Assembly: GCF_003334355.1 (NCBI RefSeq)
Contig: NZ_QOWP01000001.1
From: Escherichia coli
Lineage (GTDB): Bacteria; Pseudomonadota; Gammaproteobacteria; Enterobacterales; Enterobacteriaceae
DNA length: 64,000 nt
Direction: 5' to 3' (one strand)
This document shows, one piece after another, positions 52,818 through 63,928 of this stretch. The translations under genes and the position numbers were made by a program. Below the pieces are notes generated by a model that was not told the origin of the DNA, ran no database searches, and saw only the letters and a list, made by a program, of their open reading frames with translations. Position 1 is the first letter of the stretch. Each line of letters opens with the position of its first letter.

Positions 52818-53480
52818 TTACATGACACTTAATTCATTCGTTTGATGAATTAATTTCGTTATGTTTTCATCTGGCATGAACATTCTTAATACGTTATCGA
52901 CCAGCGCGGGTGCTTGTTTATAAAGATCATAACCCGCCATATTCATTAACCAGTTTTGAACAATTCCGCTGAAGGCACCATCAATAATAATCATCACAAC
53001 ATCTAAATCGAGGTTATTTGCTACACAACCTTGTTGCTGACACGCCTGCAATACTTCGCGGAGAGTCTGCGGATTAAAGCCCATCTTTTCGCGTATCACT
53101 CCCTCGGCCAGCATCTCATCATTAAATTCACATTTGTGATATAAGATTTTCAGCAACGCCTGCTGGCGGGGAATTTTGGCAATATATTGCAAGCCGACAA
53201 TCAATTTTTCACGCAATTGTTGAAACGGGTCATGCTCTAATCCAGCCGTCAAGTGTTCCTGGATTAACTCCCGCAATGAAGGCTGTTGCAACCACATCTC
53301 ATTAAACAGTTGGGTCTTGTTCTCGAAGTGCCAGTAGATAGCGCCACGCGTAACGTTAGCGGCATCGGCAATGTCGTTGAGCGTCGTCTTGCTTACGCCA
53401 TGTTGCGCAAACTGGGCGATGGCAGTTTCAATCAGTTCTTGCCGGGTCTTCAGAGCTTCGGCTTTGGTTCTTTTTGCCAT
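52818..53480 (-). CDS. acrS: TetR-family repressor AcrS (EnvR)
   Basis: 220-aa ORF with a TetR HTH (TKTTLNDIADAANVTRGAIYWHFENK), divergent from acrEF. Confidence 0.93.
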   Translation of the reverse strand: MAKRTKAEALKTRQELIETAIAQFAQHGVSKTTLNDIADAANVTRGAIYWHFENKTQLFNEMWLQQPSLRELIQEHLTAGLEHDPFQQLREKLIVGLQYIAKIPRQQALLKILYHKCEFNDEMLAEGVIREKMGFNPQTLREVLQACQQQGCVANNLDLDVVMIIIDGAFSGIVQNWLMNMAGYDLYKQAPALVDNVLRMFMPDENITKLIHQTNELSVM

Positions 53481-53878
53481 GATTAATTATTCAGGAAATA
53501 AATATATTCGACACAGGGTGAGAAAATAGCGAAGGTTAATCTATCATCTAATGTGTATTTATACGAGAGGGTAACATTGAGTTTCTATAAATCGTCAAAT
53601 AAATAATATATATTATTTACCTAAAATACATTCGCCACATGAATATATATTTCAATTTACGAGGTTTTAATTCTGCCTCTTTCAACCCGCGTCAAAATAA
53701 AACAGTAGAATATTAATCTTTTTTTGTGTTTATGTGCCTTGAGACGCCAGTATTCATAACTATTCCTTACATCGACGAATGATAATTTGTAGGATAGCAA
53801 ACTGTATTTTTCTTTCTGCGAGTTAACGCGTTGCCTTTCTGGGTAAATAACGCGCTTTTGGTTTTTTGAGGAATAGTA

Positions 53879-55036
53879 ATGACGAAACATGCCAGGTTTT
53901 TCCTCCTGCCCTCCTTTATTCTGATCTCCGCGGCTTTAATCGCCGGTTGTAACGATAAGGGAGAAGAGAAAGCTCACGTCGGTGAACCGCAGGTTACCGT
54001 TCATATTGTGAAAACGGCCCCGTTAGAAGTTAAGACTGAATTACCAGGTCGCACCAATGCTTACCGTATAGCCGAAGTTCGCCCACAGGTTAGCGGGATC
54101 GTACTGAATCGTAATTTCACTGAAGGCAGCGATGTACAAGCAGGCCAGTCCCTGTACCAGATCGATCCCGCGACCTATCAGGCAAATTATGACAGCGCGA
54201 AAGGCGAACTGGCGAAAAGTGAAGCCGCCGCCGCCATCGCGCATTTGACGGTAAAACGTTACGTTCCGCTCGTGGGTACGAAATACATCAGCCAGCAGGA
54301 GTACGACCAGGCCATTGCTGATGCTCGCCAGGCCGATGCCGCCGTGATTGCCGCAAAAGCCACAGTCGAAAGCGCTCGCATCAATCTCGCTTATACCAAA
54401 GTGACTGCGCCAATTAGCGGACGTATCGGCAAATCGACCGTGACCGAAGGCGCTCTTGTCACTAATGGGCAAACGACTGAACTGGCGACTGTCCAGCAGC
54501 TCGATCCTATCTACGTTGATGTGACCCAATCCAGCAACGATTTTATGAGGCTGAAGCAATCCGTAGAGCAAGGAAATTTGCATAAGGAAAACGCCACCAG
54601 CAACGTAGAGTTGGTCATGGAAAACGGTCAAACCTATCCCCTGAAAGGTACGCTGCAATTCTCTGATGTGACCGTTGATGAAAGCACCGGCTCCATAACC
54701 CTACGTGCTGTCTTCCCTAACCCGCAACATACGCTTTTGCCGGGTATGTTTGTGCGTGCACGGATTGATGAAGGCGTCCAACCTGACGCCATTCTTATCC
54801 CGCAACAAGGCGTTAGCCGCACACCGCGTGGTGATGCAACCGTGCTGATTGTTAACGATAAAAGTCAGGTGGAAGCGCGCCCTGTCGTTGCCAGTCAGGC
54901 GATTGGCGATAAATGGTTGATTAGCGAAGGTCTGAAATCTGGCGATCAAGTCATTGTCAGCGGCCTGCAAAAAGCGCGTCCGGGAGAGCAGGTTAAAGCC
55001 ACTACCGATACCCCCGCAGATACTGCATCGAAGTAA
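53879..55036 (+). CDS. acrE: Multidrug efflux membrane fusion lipoprotein AcrE
   Basis: 385-aa ORF with a lipobox (LIAGCND); RND periplasmic adaptor. Confidence 0.95.
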   Translation: MTKHARFFLLPSFILISAALIAGCNDKGEEKAHVGEPQVTVHIVKTAPLEVKTELPGRTNAYRIAEVRPQVSGIVLNRNFTEGSDVQAGQSLYQIDPATYQANYDSAKGELAKSEAAAAIAHLTVKRYVPLVGTKYISQQEYDQAIADARQADAAVIAAKATVESARINLAYTKVTAPISGRIGKSTVTEGALVTNGQTTELATVQQLDPIYVDVTQSSNDFMRLKQSVEQGNLHKENATSNVELVMENGQTYPLKGTLQFSDVTVDESTGSITLRAVFPNPQHTLLPGMFVRARIDEGVQPDAILIPQQGVSRTPRGDATVLIVNDKSQVEARPVVASQAIGDKWLISEGLKSGDQVIVSGLQKARPGEQVKATTDTPADTASK

Positions 55037-55047
55037 GGTAATCTGAC

Positions 55048-58000
55048 ATGGCAAACTTTTTTATTCGACGACCGATATTTGCATGGGTGCTGGCCATTAT
55101 TCTGATGATGGCGGGCGCACTGGCGATCCTACAATTGCCCGTCGCTCAGTATCCAACCATTGCACCGCCTGCGGTTTCTGTTTCGGCAAACTATCCAGGT
55201 GCTGATGCGCAGACCGTGCAGGATACGGTGACGCAGGTTATCGAACAGAATATGAATGGTATCGATAACCTGATGTATATGTCCTCCACCAGCGATTCCG
55301 CCGGTAGCGTGACAATTACCCTTACCTTCCAGTCCGGGACCGATCCTGATATCGCGCAAGTGCAGGTGCAGAACAAACTCCAGCTCGCCACGCCGTTGCT
55401 GCCGCAGGAGGTTCAGCAGCAGGGGATCAGTGTTGAAAAGTCCAGTAGCAGCTATTTGATGGTGGCGGGCTTTGTCTCTGATAACCCAGACACCACACAG
55501 GACGATATCTCGGACTATGTGGCCTCTAACGTTAAAGATACGCTTAGCCGTCTGAATGGCGTCGGTGACGTACAGCTTTTCGGCGCACAGTATGCGATGC
55601 GTATCTGGCTGGACGCCGATCTGCTAAACAAATATAAACTGACACCGGTTGATGTGATTAACCAGTTGAAGGTACAGAACGATCAGATCGCTGCCGGACA
55701 GTTGGGCGGAACGCCAGCGTTACCAGGGCAACAGTTGAATGCCTCGATTATTGCTCAAACGCGGTTAAAAAATCCGGAAGAATTCGGCAAAGTGACCCTG
55801 CGCGTAAACAGTGACGGCTCGGTGGTACGCCTGAAAGATGTCGCACGGGTTGAACTTGGCGGTGAAAACTATAACGTTATCGCTCGTATCAACGGAAAAC
55901 CGGCGGCGGGCCTGGGGATTAAGCTGGCAACCGGCGCGAATGCTCTCGATACCGCGAAAGCCATTAAGGCAAAACTGGCGGAATTACAGCCATTCTTCCC
56001 GCAGGGAATGAAGGTTCTCTACCCTTATGACACCACGCCATTCGTCCAGCTTTCTATTCACGAAGTGGTAAAAACGCTGTTCGAAGCCATTATGCTGGTG
56101 TTCCTGGTGATGTATCTGTTCTTGCAGAATATGCGAGCAACGCTGATCCCCACCATTGCGGTACCCGTGGTGTTGTTAGGGACGTTTGCCATCCTCGCCG
56201 CTTTTGGTTACTCCATCAACACACTAACGATGTTCGGGATGGTGCTTGCCATCGGGCTGCTCGTCGATGATGCGATAGTGGTGGTGGAGAACGTCGAGCG
56301 CGTGATGATGGAGGATAAGCTCCCGCCAAAAGAAGCGACGGAAAAATCAATGTCGCAAATCCAGGGCGCACTGGTGGGTATCGCGATGGTGCTGTCAGCG
56401 GTATTTATTCCGATGGCATTCTTCGGCGGTTCTACTGGGGCAATTTATCGCCAGTTCTCTATCACCATCGTTTCGGCAATGGCGCTTTCTGTTCTGGTGG
56501 CATTGATTCTTACCCCTGCGTTATGTGCAACGCTGCTTAAACCCGTCTCTGCTGAGCATCACGAAAATAAGGGCGGTTTCTTCGGCTGGTTTAATACTAC
56601 CTTCGATCATAGCGTTAACCACTACACCAACAGCGTCGGCAAAATCCTCGGTTCCACAGGACGATATTTACTGATCTATGCGCTGATTGTTGCAGGAATG
56701 GTGGTGTTGTTTTTACGTCTTCCGTCTTCCTTCTTACCTGAAGAGGATCAGGGTGTCTTTCTGACCATGATTCAGTTACCCGCTGGCGCGACGCAAGAGC
56801 GGACGCAAAAAGTGTTGGATCAAGTGACGGATTACTATCTGAAGAACGAGAAAGCGAACGTTGAAAGTGTCTTTACGGTTAACGGCTTTAGCTTCAGCGG
56901 CCAGGCACAAAACGCCGGTATGGCCTTCGTCAGTCTGAAACCGTGGGAAGAGCGTAGTGGTGACGAAAACAGTGCGGAAGCGGTAATCCATCGTGCCAAA
57001 ATGGAATTGGGCAAGATCCGCGACGGTTTTGTCATTCCATTCAACATGCCAGCCATTGTTGAACTGGGCACGGCAACGGGTTTCGACTTTGAGTTAATTG
57101 ATCAGGCTGGGCTGGGTCACGATGCCCTAACCCAGGCCCGTAACCAGTTGCTTGGTATGGCGGCGCAACATCCTGCCAGCTTAGTCAGCGTGCGCCCTAA
57201 TGGCCTGGAAGACACCGCGCAGTTTAAACTGGAAGTTGACCAGGAAAAGGCGCAGGCATTAGGTGTTTCACTTTCTGACATCAATCAGACCATTTCAACG
57301 GCGCTGGGTGGGACTTACGTTAACGACTTCATCGACCGTGGTCGCGTGAAAAAGGTGTATGTTCAGGCGGATGCCAAATTCCGTATGCTGCCAGAAGATG
57401 TCGATAAACTTTATGTCCGCAGCGCCAACGGCGAAATGGTGCCATTCTCGGCCTTTACCACTTCACATTGGGTGTATGGCTCTCCGCGACTGGAACGCTA
57501 CAACGGTCTGCCGTCAATGGAGATTCAGGGGGAAGCCGCGCCAGGAACCAGTTCCGGCGATGCCATGGCGTTGATGGAAAACCTTGCGTCAAAATTACCT
57601 GCGGGCATTGGTTATGACTGGACGGGTATGTCGTATCAGGAACGCTTATCGGGAAACCAGGCTCCCGCTCTGGTAGCAATTTCCTTTGTGGTTGTTTTCC
57701 TGTGCCTTGCTGCACTCTATGAAAGCTGGTCAATTCCTGTCTCGGTTATGTTGGTAGTGCCGTTAGGGATTGTCGGCGTGCTACTGGCGGCAACACTCTT
57801 TAATCAAAAAAATGACGTCTACTTTATGGTGGGCTTGCTAACGACAATTGGCTTGTCGGCCAAAAACGCTATTTTGATTGTTGAGTTCGCTAAAGATCTC
57901 ATGGAGAAAGAGGGTAAAGGTGTTGTTGAAGCGACACTAATGGCAGTACGTATGCGTCTGCGTCCTATCCTGATGACCTCTCTCGCCTTTATTCTCGGCG

Positions 58001-58152
58001 TATTACCGCTAGCTATCAGTAACGGTGCCGGCAGTGGCGCGCAGAACGCAGTGGGTATCGGGGTAATGGGCGGAATGGTCTCTGCAACGTTGCTGGCAAT
58101 CTTCTTCGTACCGGTGTTCTTTGTGGTGATCCGCCGTTGCTTTAAAGGATAA
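55048..58152 (+). CDS. acrF: RND multidrug efflux permease AcrF
   Basis: 1034-aa ORF beginning [36 protein letters not shown]... Confidence 0.96.
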   Translation: MANFFIRRPIFAWVLAIILMMAGALAILQLPVAQYPTIAPPAVSVSANYPGADAQTVQDTVTQVIEQNMNGIDNLMYMSSTSDSAGSVTITLTFQSGTDPDIAQVQVQNKLQLATPLLPQEVQQQGISVEKSSSSYLMVAGFVSDNPDTTQDDISDYVASNVKDTLSRLNGVGDVQLFGAQYAMRIWLDADLLNKYKLTPVDVINQLKVQNDQIAAGQLGGTPALPGQQLNASIIAQTRLKNPEEFGKVTLRVNSDGSVVRLKDVARVELGGENYNVIARINGKPAAGLGIKLATGANALDTAKAIKAKLAELQPFFPQGMKVLYPYDTTPFVQLSIHEVVKTLFEAIMLVFLVMYLFLQNMRATLIPTIAVPVVLLGTFAILAAFGYSINTLTMFGMVLAIGLLVDDAIVVVENVERVMMEDKLPPKEATEKSMSQIQGALVGIAMVLSAVFIPMAFFGGSTGAIYRQFSITIVSAMALSVLVALILTPALCATLLKPVSAEHHENKGGFFGWFNTTFDHSVNHYTNSVGKILGSTGRYLLIYALIVAGMVVLFLRLPSSFLPEEDQGVFLTMIQLPAGATQERTQKVLDQVTDYYLKNEKANVESVFTVNGFSFSGQAQNAGMAFVSLKPWEERSGDENSAEAVIHRAKMELGKIRDGFVIPFNMPAIVELGTATGFDFELIDQAGLGHDALTQARNQLLGMAAQHPASLVSVRPNGLEDTAQFKLEVDQEKAQALGVSLSDINQTISTALGGTYVNDFIDRGRVKKVYVQADAKFRMLPEDVDKLYVRSANGEMVPFSAFTTSHWVYGSPRLERYNGLPSMEIQGEAAPGTSSGDAMALMENLASKLPAGIGYDWTGMSYQERLSGNQAPALVAISFVVVFLCLAALYESWSIPVSVMLVVPLGIVGVLLAATLFNQKNDVYFMVGLLTTIGLSAKNAILIVEFAKDLMEKEGKGVVEATLMAVRMRLRPILMTSLAFILGVLPLAISNGAGSGAQNAVGIGVMGGMVSATLLAIFFVPVFFVVIRRCFKG

Positions 58153-58404
58153 ATCTGAAACATAAAGGCGCTTTCGGGTGCCTTTATTATTTTCAGTGAA
58201 ACCCATAAAAATTAATAAGATATTCTTTTGCTCACTCTTTAAAAGCTTTCTATAGTTCCCGCTCCCTTCACTATTTTTACAATTCACATAATTTGTCATT
58301 ATTCATTCCGCAAGATTTATAACCTCCGGTGATAAAATGGCATTCAGCTCGTTAATAAGAGAGTTAACTTATTAAGCGTTAGCGTTTATTACTGAGGTAA
58401 CACC

Positions 58405-58626
58405 ATGAAAAGATTAATTCCTGTGGCATTGCTCACCGCATTGCTGGCGGGCTGTGCTCACGATTCGCCCTGCGTTCCGGTTTATGACGATCAGGGGCGT
58501 CTGGTTCACACCAATACCTGTATGAAAGGCACAACTCAGGATAACTGGGAAACGGCTGGGGCTATTGCTGGCGGAGCAGCAGCTGTTGCTGGCCTGACGA
58601 TGGGGATCATCGCTCTGTCGAAATAA
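58405..58626 (+). CDS. yhdV: Small lipoprotein YhdV
   Basis: 73-aa ORF with a lipobox (LLAGCAHD) and a Gly/Ala-rich C-terminus. Confidence 0.85.
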   Translation: MKRLIPVALLTALLAGCAHDSPCVPVYDDQGRLVHTNTCMKGTTQDNWETAGAIAGGAAAVAGLTMGIIALSK

Positions 58627-59056
58627 CTGAACAGGGCGCGGAGTTTCGCGCTCTGTTTAACGATACAGTATCTTTACATAAGATAAAATATTGCTATATT
58701 CTGCTGGCTAATTCTCTGCTGACTTAGCATGTTATATCGCGTTATTTCGCTGCTTTCGAAATAACGCATCAATTTAACTTTCGCACTTCCCACCAGAAAT
58801 ATACTCACGCTAACAATCATTATTCTGCTTAGTAAAACACGCGTAAATATTTTGCGCCAAAATGTGGCGCATGTTTCATTTTCGCACCATTGCGGGGCGC
58901 TGTTTTTATTATTTCCTGTCTACACTCAGCTTATTGCGACGCGAAATCGTGCGCAAAAGCTGGCACTACTTTTGCTTATAAGAGGATGGCCACAGACAGG
59001 TAAAAGACGTTTCCCAAACGTCCTATAACGATAATTTTCGCCTCACAGGAAGCATT

Positions 59057-60082
59057 ATGAAAAAGATGATGATAGCCACACTGGCTGCCGCCAGCGTGCT
59101 GCTTGCCGTTGCAAATCAGGCGCATGCTGGCGCGACGCTTGATGCCGTACAGAAAAAAGGTTTTGTGCAATGCGGGATCAGTGATGGATTACCTGGGTTC
59201 TCTTATGCCGATGCTGACGGTAAATTTTCAGGTATTGATGTTGATATTTGTCGTGGTGTTGCCGCTGCTGTATTTGGTGACGACACGAAAGTGAAATATA
59301 CCCCGCTCACTGCAAAAGAACGCTTCACCGCTTTACAGTCAGGGGAGGTGGATTTGCTCTCCCGTAATACGACCTGGACTTCATCTCGCGATGCCGGGAT
59401 GGGAATGGCATTTACTGGCGTCACTTATTACGACGGCATTGGCTTCCTGACGCACGATAAAGCGGGGCTAAAAAGCGCGAAAGAACTGGATGGCGCTACC
59501 GTCTGTATTCAGGCGGGTACTGATACCGAACTCAACGTCGCCGACTATTTCAAGGCAAACAATATGAAGTACACACCAGTGACTTTCGATCGCTCTGACG
59601 AATCAGCGAAGGCACTGGAATCTGGTCGCTGCGATACGCTGGCTTCGGATCAATCCCAACTGTATGCCCTGCGCATCAAATTAAGCAACCCGGCTGAATG
59701 GATTGTCTTACCGGAGGTTATCTCTAAAGAACCGCTTGGGCCGGTAGTTCGTCGTGGCGATGATGAATGGTTCTCGATTGTACGCTGGACGCTTTTCGCC
59801 ATGCTAAATGCTGAAGAGATGGGCATCAATTCCCAGAACGTCGATGAAAAAGCGGCTAATCCAGCAACGCCTGATATGGCACATCTGCTGGGTAAAGAAG
59901 GCGATTACGGCAAGGATCTGAAGTTGGATAATAAATGGGCCTATAACATCATCAAACAGGTGGGTAACTACTCGGAAATTTTTGAGCGTAACGTAGGTTC
60001 AGAAAGCCCGCTGAAAATTAAACGTGGGCAAAATAATCTCTGGAATAACGGCGGTATTCAGTACGCACCGCCCGTGCGTTAA
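59057..60082 (+). CDS. yhdW: Amino acid ABC transporter periplasmic binding protein YhdW
   Basis: 341-aa ORF with a signal peptide (MKKMMIATLAAASVLLAVANQAHA); family 3 solute-binding protein. Confidence 0.92.
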   Translation: MKKMMIATLAAASVLLAVANQAHAGATLDAVQKKGFVQCGISDGLPGFSYADADGKFSGIDVDICRGVAAAVFGDDTKVKYTPLTAKERFTALQSGEVDLLSRNTTWTSSRDAGMGMAFTGVTYYDGIGFLTHDKAGLKSAKELDGATVCIQAGTDTELNVADYFKANNMKYTPVTFDRSDESAKALESGRCDTLASDQSQLYALRIKLSNPAEWIVLPEVISKEPLGPVVRRGDDEWFSIVRWTLFAMLNAEEMGINSQNVDEKAANPATPDMAHLLGKEGDYGKDLKLDNKWAYNIIKQVGNYSEIFERNVGSESPLKIKRGQNNLWNNGGIQYAPPVR

Positions 60083-60149
60083 GTCGGTGTGAGGTAACGA
60101 GCGTCGCTACGGCGGCGCTCTCTTCAGCGTTATGCTTTCCGAGGTTTCT

Positions 60150-61331
60150 ATGTCTCATCGCCGCTCAACCGTTAAAGGCTCACTCTCTTTTGCCAACCCT
60201 ACGGTTCGCGCCTGGTTATTCCAGATCCTTGCCGTTGTTGCTGTTGTCGGCATTGTTGGTTGGTTATTTCACAACACTGTAACGAATCTCAATAATCGTG
60301 GCATTACTTCAGGTTTTGCCTTTCTGGATCGCGGCGCTGGCTTCGGTATTGTCCAGCATTTGATCGATTACCAGCAGGGCGACACCTACGGACGCGTTTT
60401 TATTGTCGGCTTACTCAATACGCTACTGGTTTCTGCATTGTGTATTGTGTTCGCTTCTGTTTTGGGCTTCTTTATCGGTCTGGCGAGACTTTCGGATAAC
60501 TGGCTGCTACGAAAGCTTTCCACAATTTATATTGAGATCTTCCGTAATATTCCCCCGCTGCTGCAAATCTTCTTCTGGTACTTTGCCGTGTTGCGCAATT
60601 TGCCCGGACCACGCCAGGCTGTGAGCGCGTTTGATCTGGCCTTTTTGAGCAATCGTGGGCTTTATATTCCGTCACCGCAGCTGGGAGACGGATTTATTGC
60701 GTTTATCCTGGCTGTTGTTATGGCTATAGTCCTTTCTGTTGGGCTATTCCGCTTTAATAAAACATACCAGATAAAGACCGGACAACTGCGCCGCACCTGG
60801 CCGATCGCCGCAGTGTTGATCATTGGTTTGCCTTTACTGGCGCAATGGCTTTTTGGCGCAGCACTACACTGGGATGTCCCAGCCCTACGAGGCTTTAACT
60901 TCCGCGGCGGGATGGTTTTAATTCCTGAACTGGCAGCCTTAACGCTGGCACTTTCGGTTTATACATCTGCATTTATCGCCGAGATTATCCGCGCTGGGAT
61001 CCAGGCAGTGCCTTATGGTCAACATGAAGCGGCTCGGTCACTGGGATTACCCAACCCGGTTACGCTACGCCAGGTCATTATTCCCCAGGCATTGCGGGTG
61101 ATTATTCCACCGTTAACCAGCCAGTATCTCAACATCGTCAAAAACTCCTCTCTTGCCGCCGCTATTGGCTATCCCGATATGGTTTCGCTGTTTGCCGGCA
61201 CCGTGCTGAATCAGACGGGGCAAGCCATCGAGACGATAGCCATGACCATGTCGGTCTATCTGATTATCAGCCTGACTATCTCGCTGCTGATGAATATCTA
61301 TAACCGCCGCATCGCGATCGTTGAACGCTAA
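60150..61331 (+). CDS. yhdX: Amino acid ABC transporter permease YhdX
   Basis: GAGG RBS before the ATG at 60150 (MSHRRSTVKGSLSFANP...). Confidence 0.9.
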   Translation: MSHRRSTVKGSLSFANPTVRAWLFQILAVVAVVGIVGWLFHNTVTNLNNRGITSGFAFLDRGAGFGIVQHLIDYQQGDTYGRVFIVGLLNTLLVSALCIVFASVLGFFIGLARLSDNWLLRKLSTIYIEIFRNIPPLLQIFFWYFAVLRNLPGPRQAVSAFDLAFLSNRGLYIPSPQLGDGFIAFILAVVMAIVLSVGLFRFNKTYQIKTGQLRRTWPIAAVLIIGLPLLAQWLFGAALHWDVPALRGFNFRGGMVLIPELAALTLALSVYTSAFIAEIIRAGIQAVPYGQHEAARSLGLPNPVTLRQVIIPQALRVIIPPLTSQYLNIVKNSSLAAAIGYPDMVSLFAGTVLNQTGQAIETIAMTMSVYLIISLTISLLMNIYNRRIAIVER

Positions 61332-61340
61332 GGAGTCATG

Positions 61341-62444
61341 ATGACAAAAGTATTGCTGTCTCATCCCCCGCGCCCGGCGAGCCATAACTCAAGCCGCGCG
61401 ATGGTGTGGGTGCGAAAAAATCTGTTCTCCAGCTGGAGCAATAGCCTGCTGACTATTGGCTGCATATGGTTGATGTGGGAACTGATCCCACCGTTGCTGA
61501 ACTGGGCATTTTTGCAGGCTAACTGGGTTGGCTCAACGCGTGCCGACTGCACAAAAGCCGGTGCCTGTTGGGTCTTCATCCACGAACGATTTGGTCAGTT
61601 TATGTATGGGCTTTACCCACACGACCAACGCTGGCGAATTAACCTCGCATTACTGATTGGGCTTGTGTCGATCGCACCAATGTTCTGGAAAATACTCCCG
61701 CATCGCGGTCGCTATATTGCGGCCTGGGCGGTGATTTACCCACTGATTGTCTGGTGGCTGATGTATGGCGGTTTTTTTGCTCTTGAGCGGGTTGAAACCC
61801 GGCAATGGGGCGGGCTGACGCTAACTTTAATTATTGCATCAGTTGGGATTGCGGGGGCGCTACCGTGGGGGATCTTACTGGCGTTAGGTCGCCGCTCCCA
61901 TATGCCGATTGTGCGTATCTTATCGGTCATTTTTATCGAATTCTGGCGCGGCGTGCCGCTGATTACCGTTCTGTTTATGTCTTCGGTCATGCTGCCGTTG
62001 TTTATGGCAGAAGGCACCAGTATCGACAAATTGATCCGCGCGCTGGTTGGCGTGATCCTGTTTCAGTCAGCATATGTTGCGGAAGTCGTGCGAGGTGGAT
62101 TACAGGCGCTGCCTAAAGGGCAATATGAAGCGGCAGAGTCGCTGGCGTTGGGTTACTGGAAAACTCAGGGGCTGGTTATTCTGCCACAGGCGTTGAAGCT
62201 GGTAATTCCTGGGCTGGTAAATACCATCATCGCACTCTTCAAAGATACCAGCCTGGTGATCATTATCGGGTTGTTCGATCTTTTCAGTAGCGTTCAGCAG
62301 GCAACCGTTGATCCCGCCTGGTTGGGTATGTCGACGGAAGGGTATGTTTTCGCCGCGCTGATCTACTGGATCTTCTGTTTCAGCATGTCGCGCTATAGCC
62401 AGTATCTGGAAAAACGTTTTAACACCGGGCGTACACCGCATTGA
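61341..62444 (+). CDS. yhdY: Amino acid ABC transporter permease YhdY
   Basis: AGGAG RBS about 5 nt before the ATG at 61341 ([18 protein letters not shown]...). Confidence 0.9.
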   Translation: MTKVLLSHPPRPASHNSSRAMVWVRKNLFSSWSNSLLTIGCIWLMWELIPPLLNWAFLQANWVGSTRADCTKAGACWVFIHERFGQFMYGLYPHDQRWRINLALLIGLVSIAPMFWKILPHRGRYIAAWAVIYPLIVWWLMYGGFFALERVETRQWGGLTLTLIIASVGIAGALPWGILLALGRRSHMPIVRILSVIFIEFWRGVPLITVLFMSSVMLPLFMAEGTSIDKLIRALVGVILFQSAYVAEVVRGGLQALPKGQYEAAESLALGYWKTQGLVILPQALKLVIPGLVNTIIALFKDTSLVIIIGLFDLFSSVQQATVDPAWLGMSTEGYVFAALIYWIFCFSMSRYSQYLEKRFNTGRTPH

Positions 62445-62451
62445 GGACACT

Positions 62452-63210
62452 ATGAGCCAAATTTTACTGCAACCTGCTAACGCGATGATTACGCTGGAAA
62501 ACGTCAATAAATGGTATGGACAATTCCATGTTTTGAAAAATATAAATTTAACCGTGCAACCGGGAGAACGGATCGTTCTGTGTGGCCCTTCAGGTTCCGG
62601 TAAATCGACAACCATTCGTTGTATTAATCATCTGGAAGAACATCAACAGGGACGGATCGTGGTAGATGGCATCGAACTTAATGAAGATATCCGCAATATT
62701 GAGCGCGTCAGGCAGGAAGTGGGAATGGTCTTTCAGCATTTCAATCTCTTCCCTCATCTGACCGTTTTACAGAACTGTACCCTGGCACCGATTTGGGTAC
62801 GCAAGATGCCTAAGAAAGAGGCTGAAGATCTGGCGGTGCATTACCTAGAGCGGGTGAGAATTGCCGAACATGCGCATAAGTTTCCCGGACAGATTTCAGG
62901 TGGTCAGCAGCAACGCGTTGCCATTGCGCGTTCGCTGTGTATGAAGCCGAAAATTATGTTGTTTGATGAGCCAACGTCGGCGCTCGATCCTGAGATGGTG
63001 AAAGAGGTGCTGGATACGATGATTGGGCTGGCGCAGTCGGGTATGACAATGTTGTGTGTAACACATGAGATGGGGTTTGCACGAACCGTCGCTGACCGGG
63101 TAATTTTTATGGATCGTGGGGAAATAGTGGAGCAAGCTGCACCTGATGAATTTTTTGCGCATCCTAAATCAGAGCGTACGAGGGCATTTTTATCGCAGGT
63201 AATCCATTAA
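62452..63210 (+). CDS. yhdZ: Amino acid ABC transporter ATP-binding protein YhdZ
   Basis: 252-aa ORF with Walker A (GPSGSGKST), ABC signature (SGGQQQR) and Walker B ([10 protein letters not shown]). Confidence 0.95.
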   Translation: MSQILLQPANAMITLENVNKWYGQFHVLKNINLTVQPGERIVLCGPSGSGKSTTIRCINHLEEHQQGRIVVDGIELNEDIRNIERVRQEVGMVFQHFNLFPHLTVLQNCTLAPIWVRKMPKKEAEDLAVHYLERVRIAEHAHKFPGQISGGQQQRVAIARSLCMKPKIMLFDEPTSALDPEMVKEVLDTMIGLAQSGMTMLCVTHEMGFARTVADRVIFMDRGEIVEQAAPDEFFAHPKSERTRAFLSQVIH

Positions 63211-63231
63211 TTGAATGTTAGTTCGAAAAGC

Positions 63232-63259
63232 AAAAAGGCCATCCTTTCGGATGGCCTTT
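63232..63259 (-). terminator. rRNA operon terminator T2 (minus strand); may also terminate yhdZ
   Basis: aaaaaggccatcctttcggatggccttt is the reverse complement of an rrn T2-type hairpin. Confidence 0.8.
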
Positions 63260-63398
63260 CGCTTGATTTGATGTCTGGCAGTTTATGGCGGGCGTCCTGC
63301 CCGCCACCCTCCGGGCCGTTGCTTCGCAACGTTCAAATCCGCTCCCGGCGGATTTGTCCTACTCAGGAGAGCGTTCACCGACAAACAACAGATAAAAC

Positions 63399-63432
63399 AA
63401 AAGGCCCAGTCTTTCGACTGAGCCTTTTGTTT
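63399..63432 (-). terminator. rRNA operon terminator T1 (minus strand)
   Basis: aaaaggcccagtctttcgactgagcctttt is the reverse complement of the classic rrn T1 hairpin (aaaggctcagtcgaaagactgggccttt). Confidence 0.85.
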
Positions 63433-63438
63433 TATTTG

Positions 63439-63558
63439 ATGCCTGGCAGTTCCCTACTCTCGCATGGGGAGACCCCACACTACCATCGGCGCTACGGCGT
63501 TTCACTTCTGAGTTCGGCATGGGGTCAGGTGGGACCACCGCGCTACTGCCGCCAGACA
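63439..63558 (-). rRNA. rrfF: 5S ribosomal RNA, distal copy (rrfF-like)
   Basis: The reverse complement matches E. coli 5S rRNA (UGCCUGGCGGCAGUAGCGCGGUGGUCCCACCUGACCCCAUGCCGAACUCAG...GGAACUGCCAGGCAU). Confidence 0.95.
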
Positions 63559-63595
63559 AATTCTTTTCTAATCTGCCGAACTTTAACCTAAAAAG

Positions 63596-63671
63596 TGGTG
63601 CTGATACCCAGAGTCGAACTGGGGACCTCACCCTTACCAAGGGTGCGCTCTACCAACTGAGCCATATCAGC
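63596..63671 (-). tRNA. thrV: tRNA-Thr (anticodon GGU)
   Basis: The reverse complement reads GCTGATATGGCTCAGTTGGTAGAGCGCACCCTTGGTAAGGGTGAGGTCCCCAGTTCGACTCTGGGTATCAGCACCA, a cloverleaf with a GGT anticodon and encoded CCA. Confidence 0.95.
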
Positions 63672-63683
63672 ACGCTAAATTTG

Positions 63684-63803
63684 ATGCCTGGCAGTTCCCT
63701 ACTCTCGCATGGGGAGACCCCACACTACCATCGGCGCTACGGCGTTTCACTTCTGAGTTCGGCATGGGGTCAGGTGGGACCACCGCGCTACTGCCGCCAG
63801 ACA
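63684..63803 (-). rRNA. rrfD: 5S ribosomal RNA, second copy
   Basis: Identical in sequence to the copy at 63439-63558. Confidence 0.95.
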
Positions 63804-63840
63804 AATTCTTTTCTAATCTGCCGAACTTTAACCTAAAAAG

Positions 63841-63916
63841 TGGTGCTGATACCCAGAGTCGAACTGGGGACCTCACCCTTACCAAGGGTGCGCTCTACCA
63901 ACTGAGCCATATCAGC
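63841..63916 (-). tRNA. thrV: tRNA-Thr (anticodon GGU), second copy
   Basis: Identical to the tRNA at 63596-63671; part of an exact 245-bp tandem unit. Confidence 0.9.
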
Positions 63917-63928
63917 ACGCTAAATTTG

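Noticed and set aside
63211-63885. ORFs of 72-126 aa on both strands over the rRNA terminator / 5S / tRNA region, with repeated identical protein segments.
   Set aside because: They are translations of structural RNA genes and their terminators. The repeated protein segments simply reflect the 245-bp tandem RNA-gene unit.
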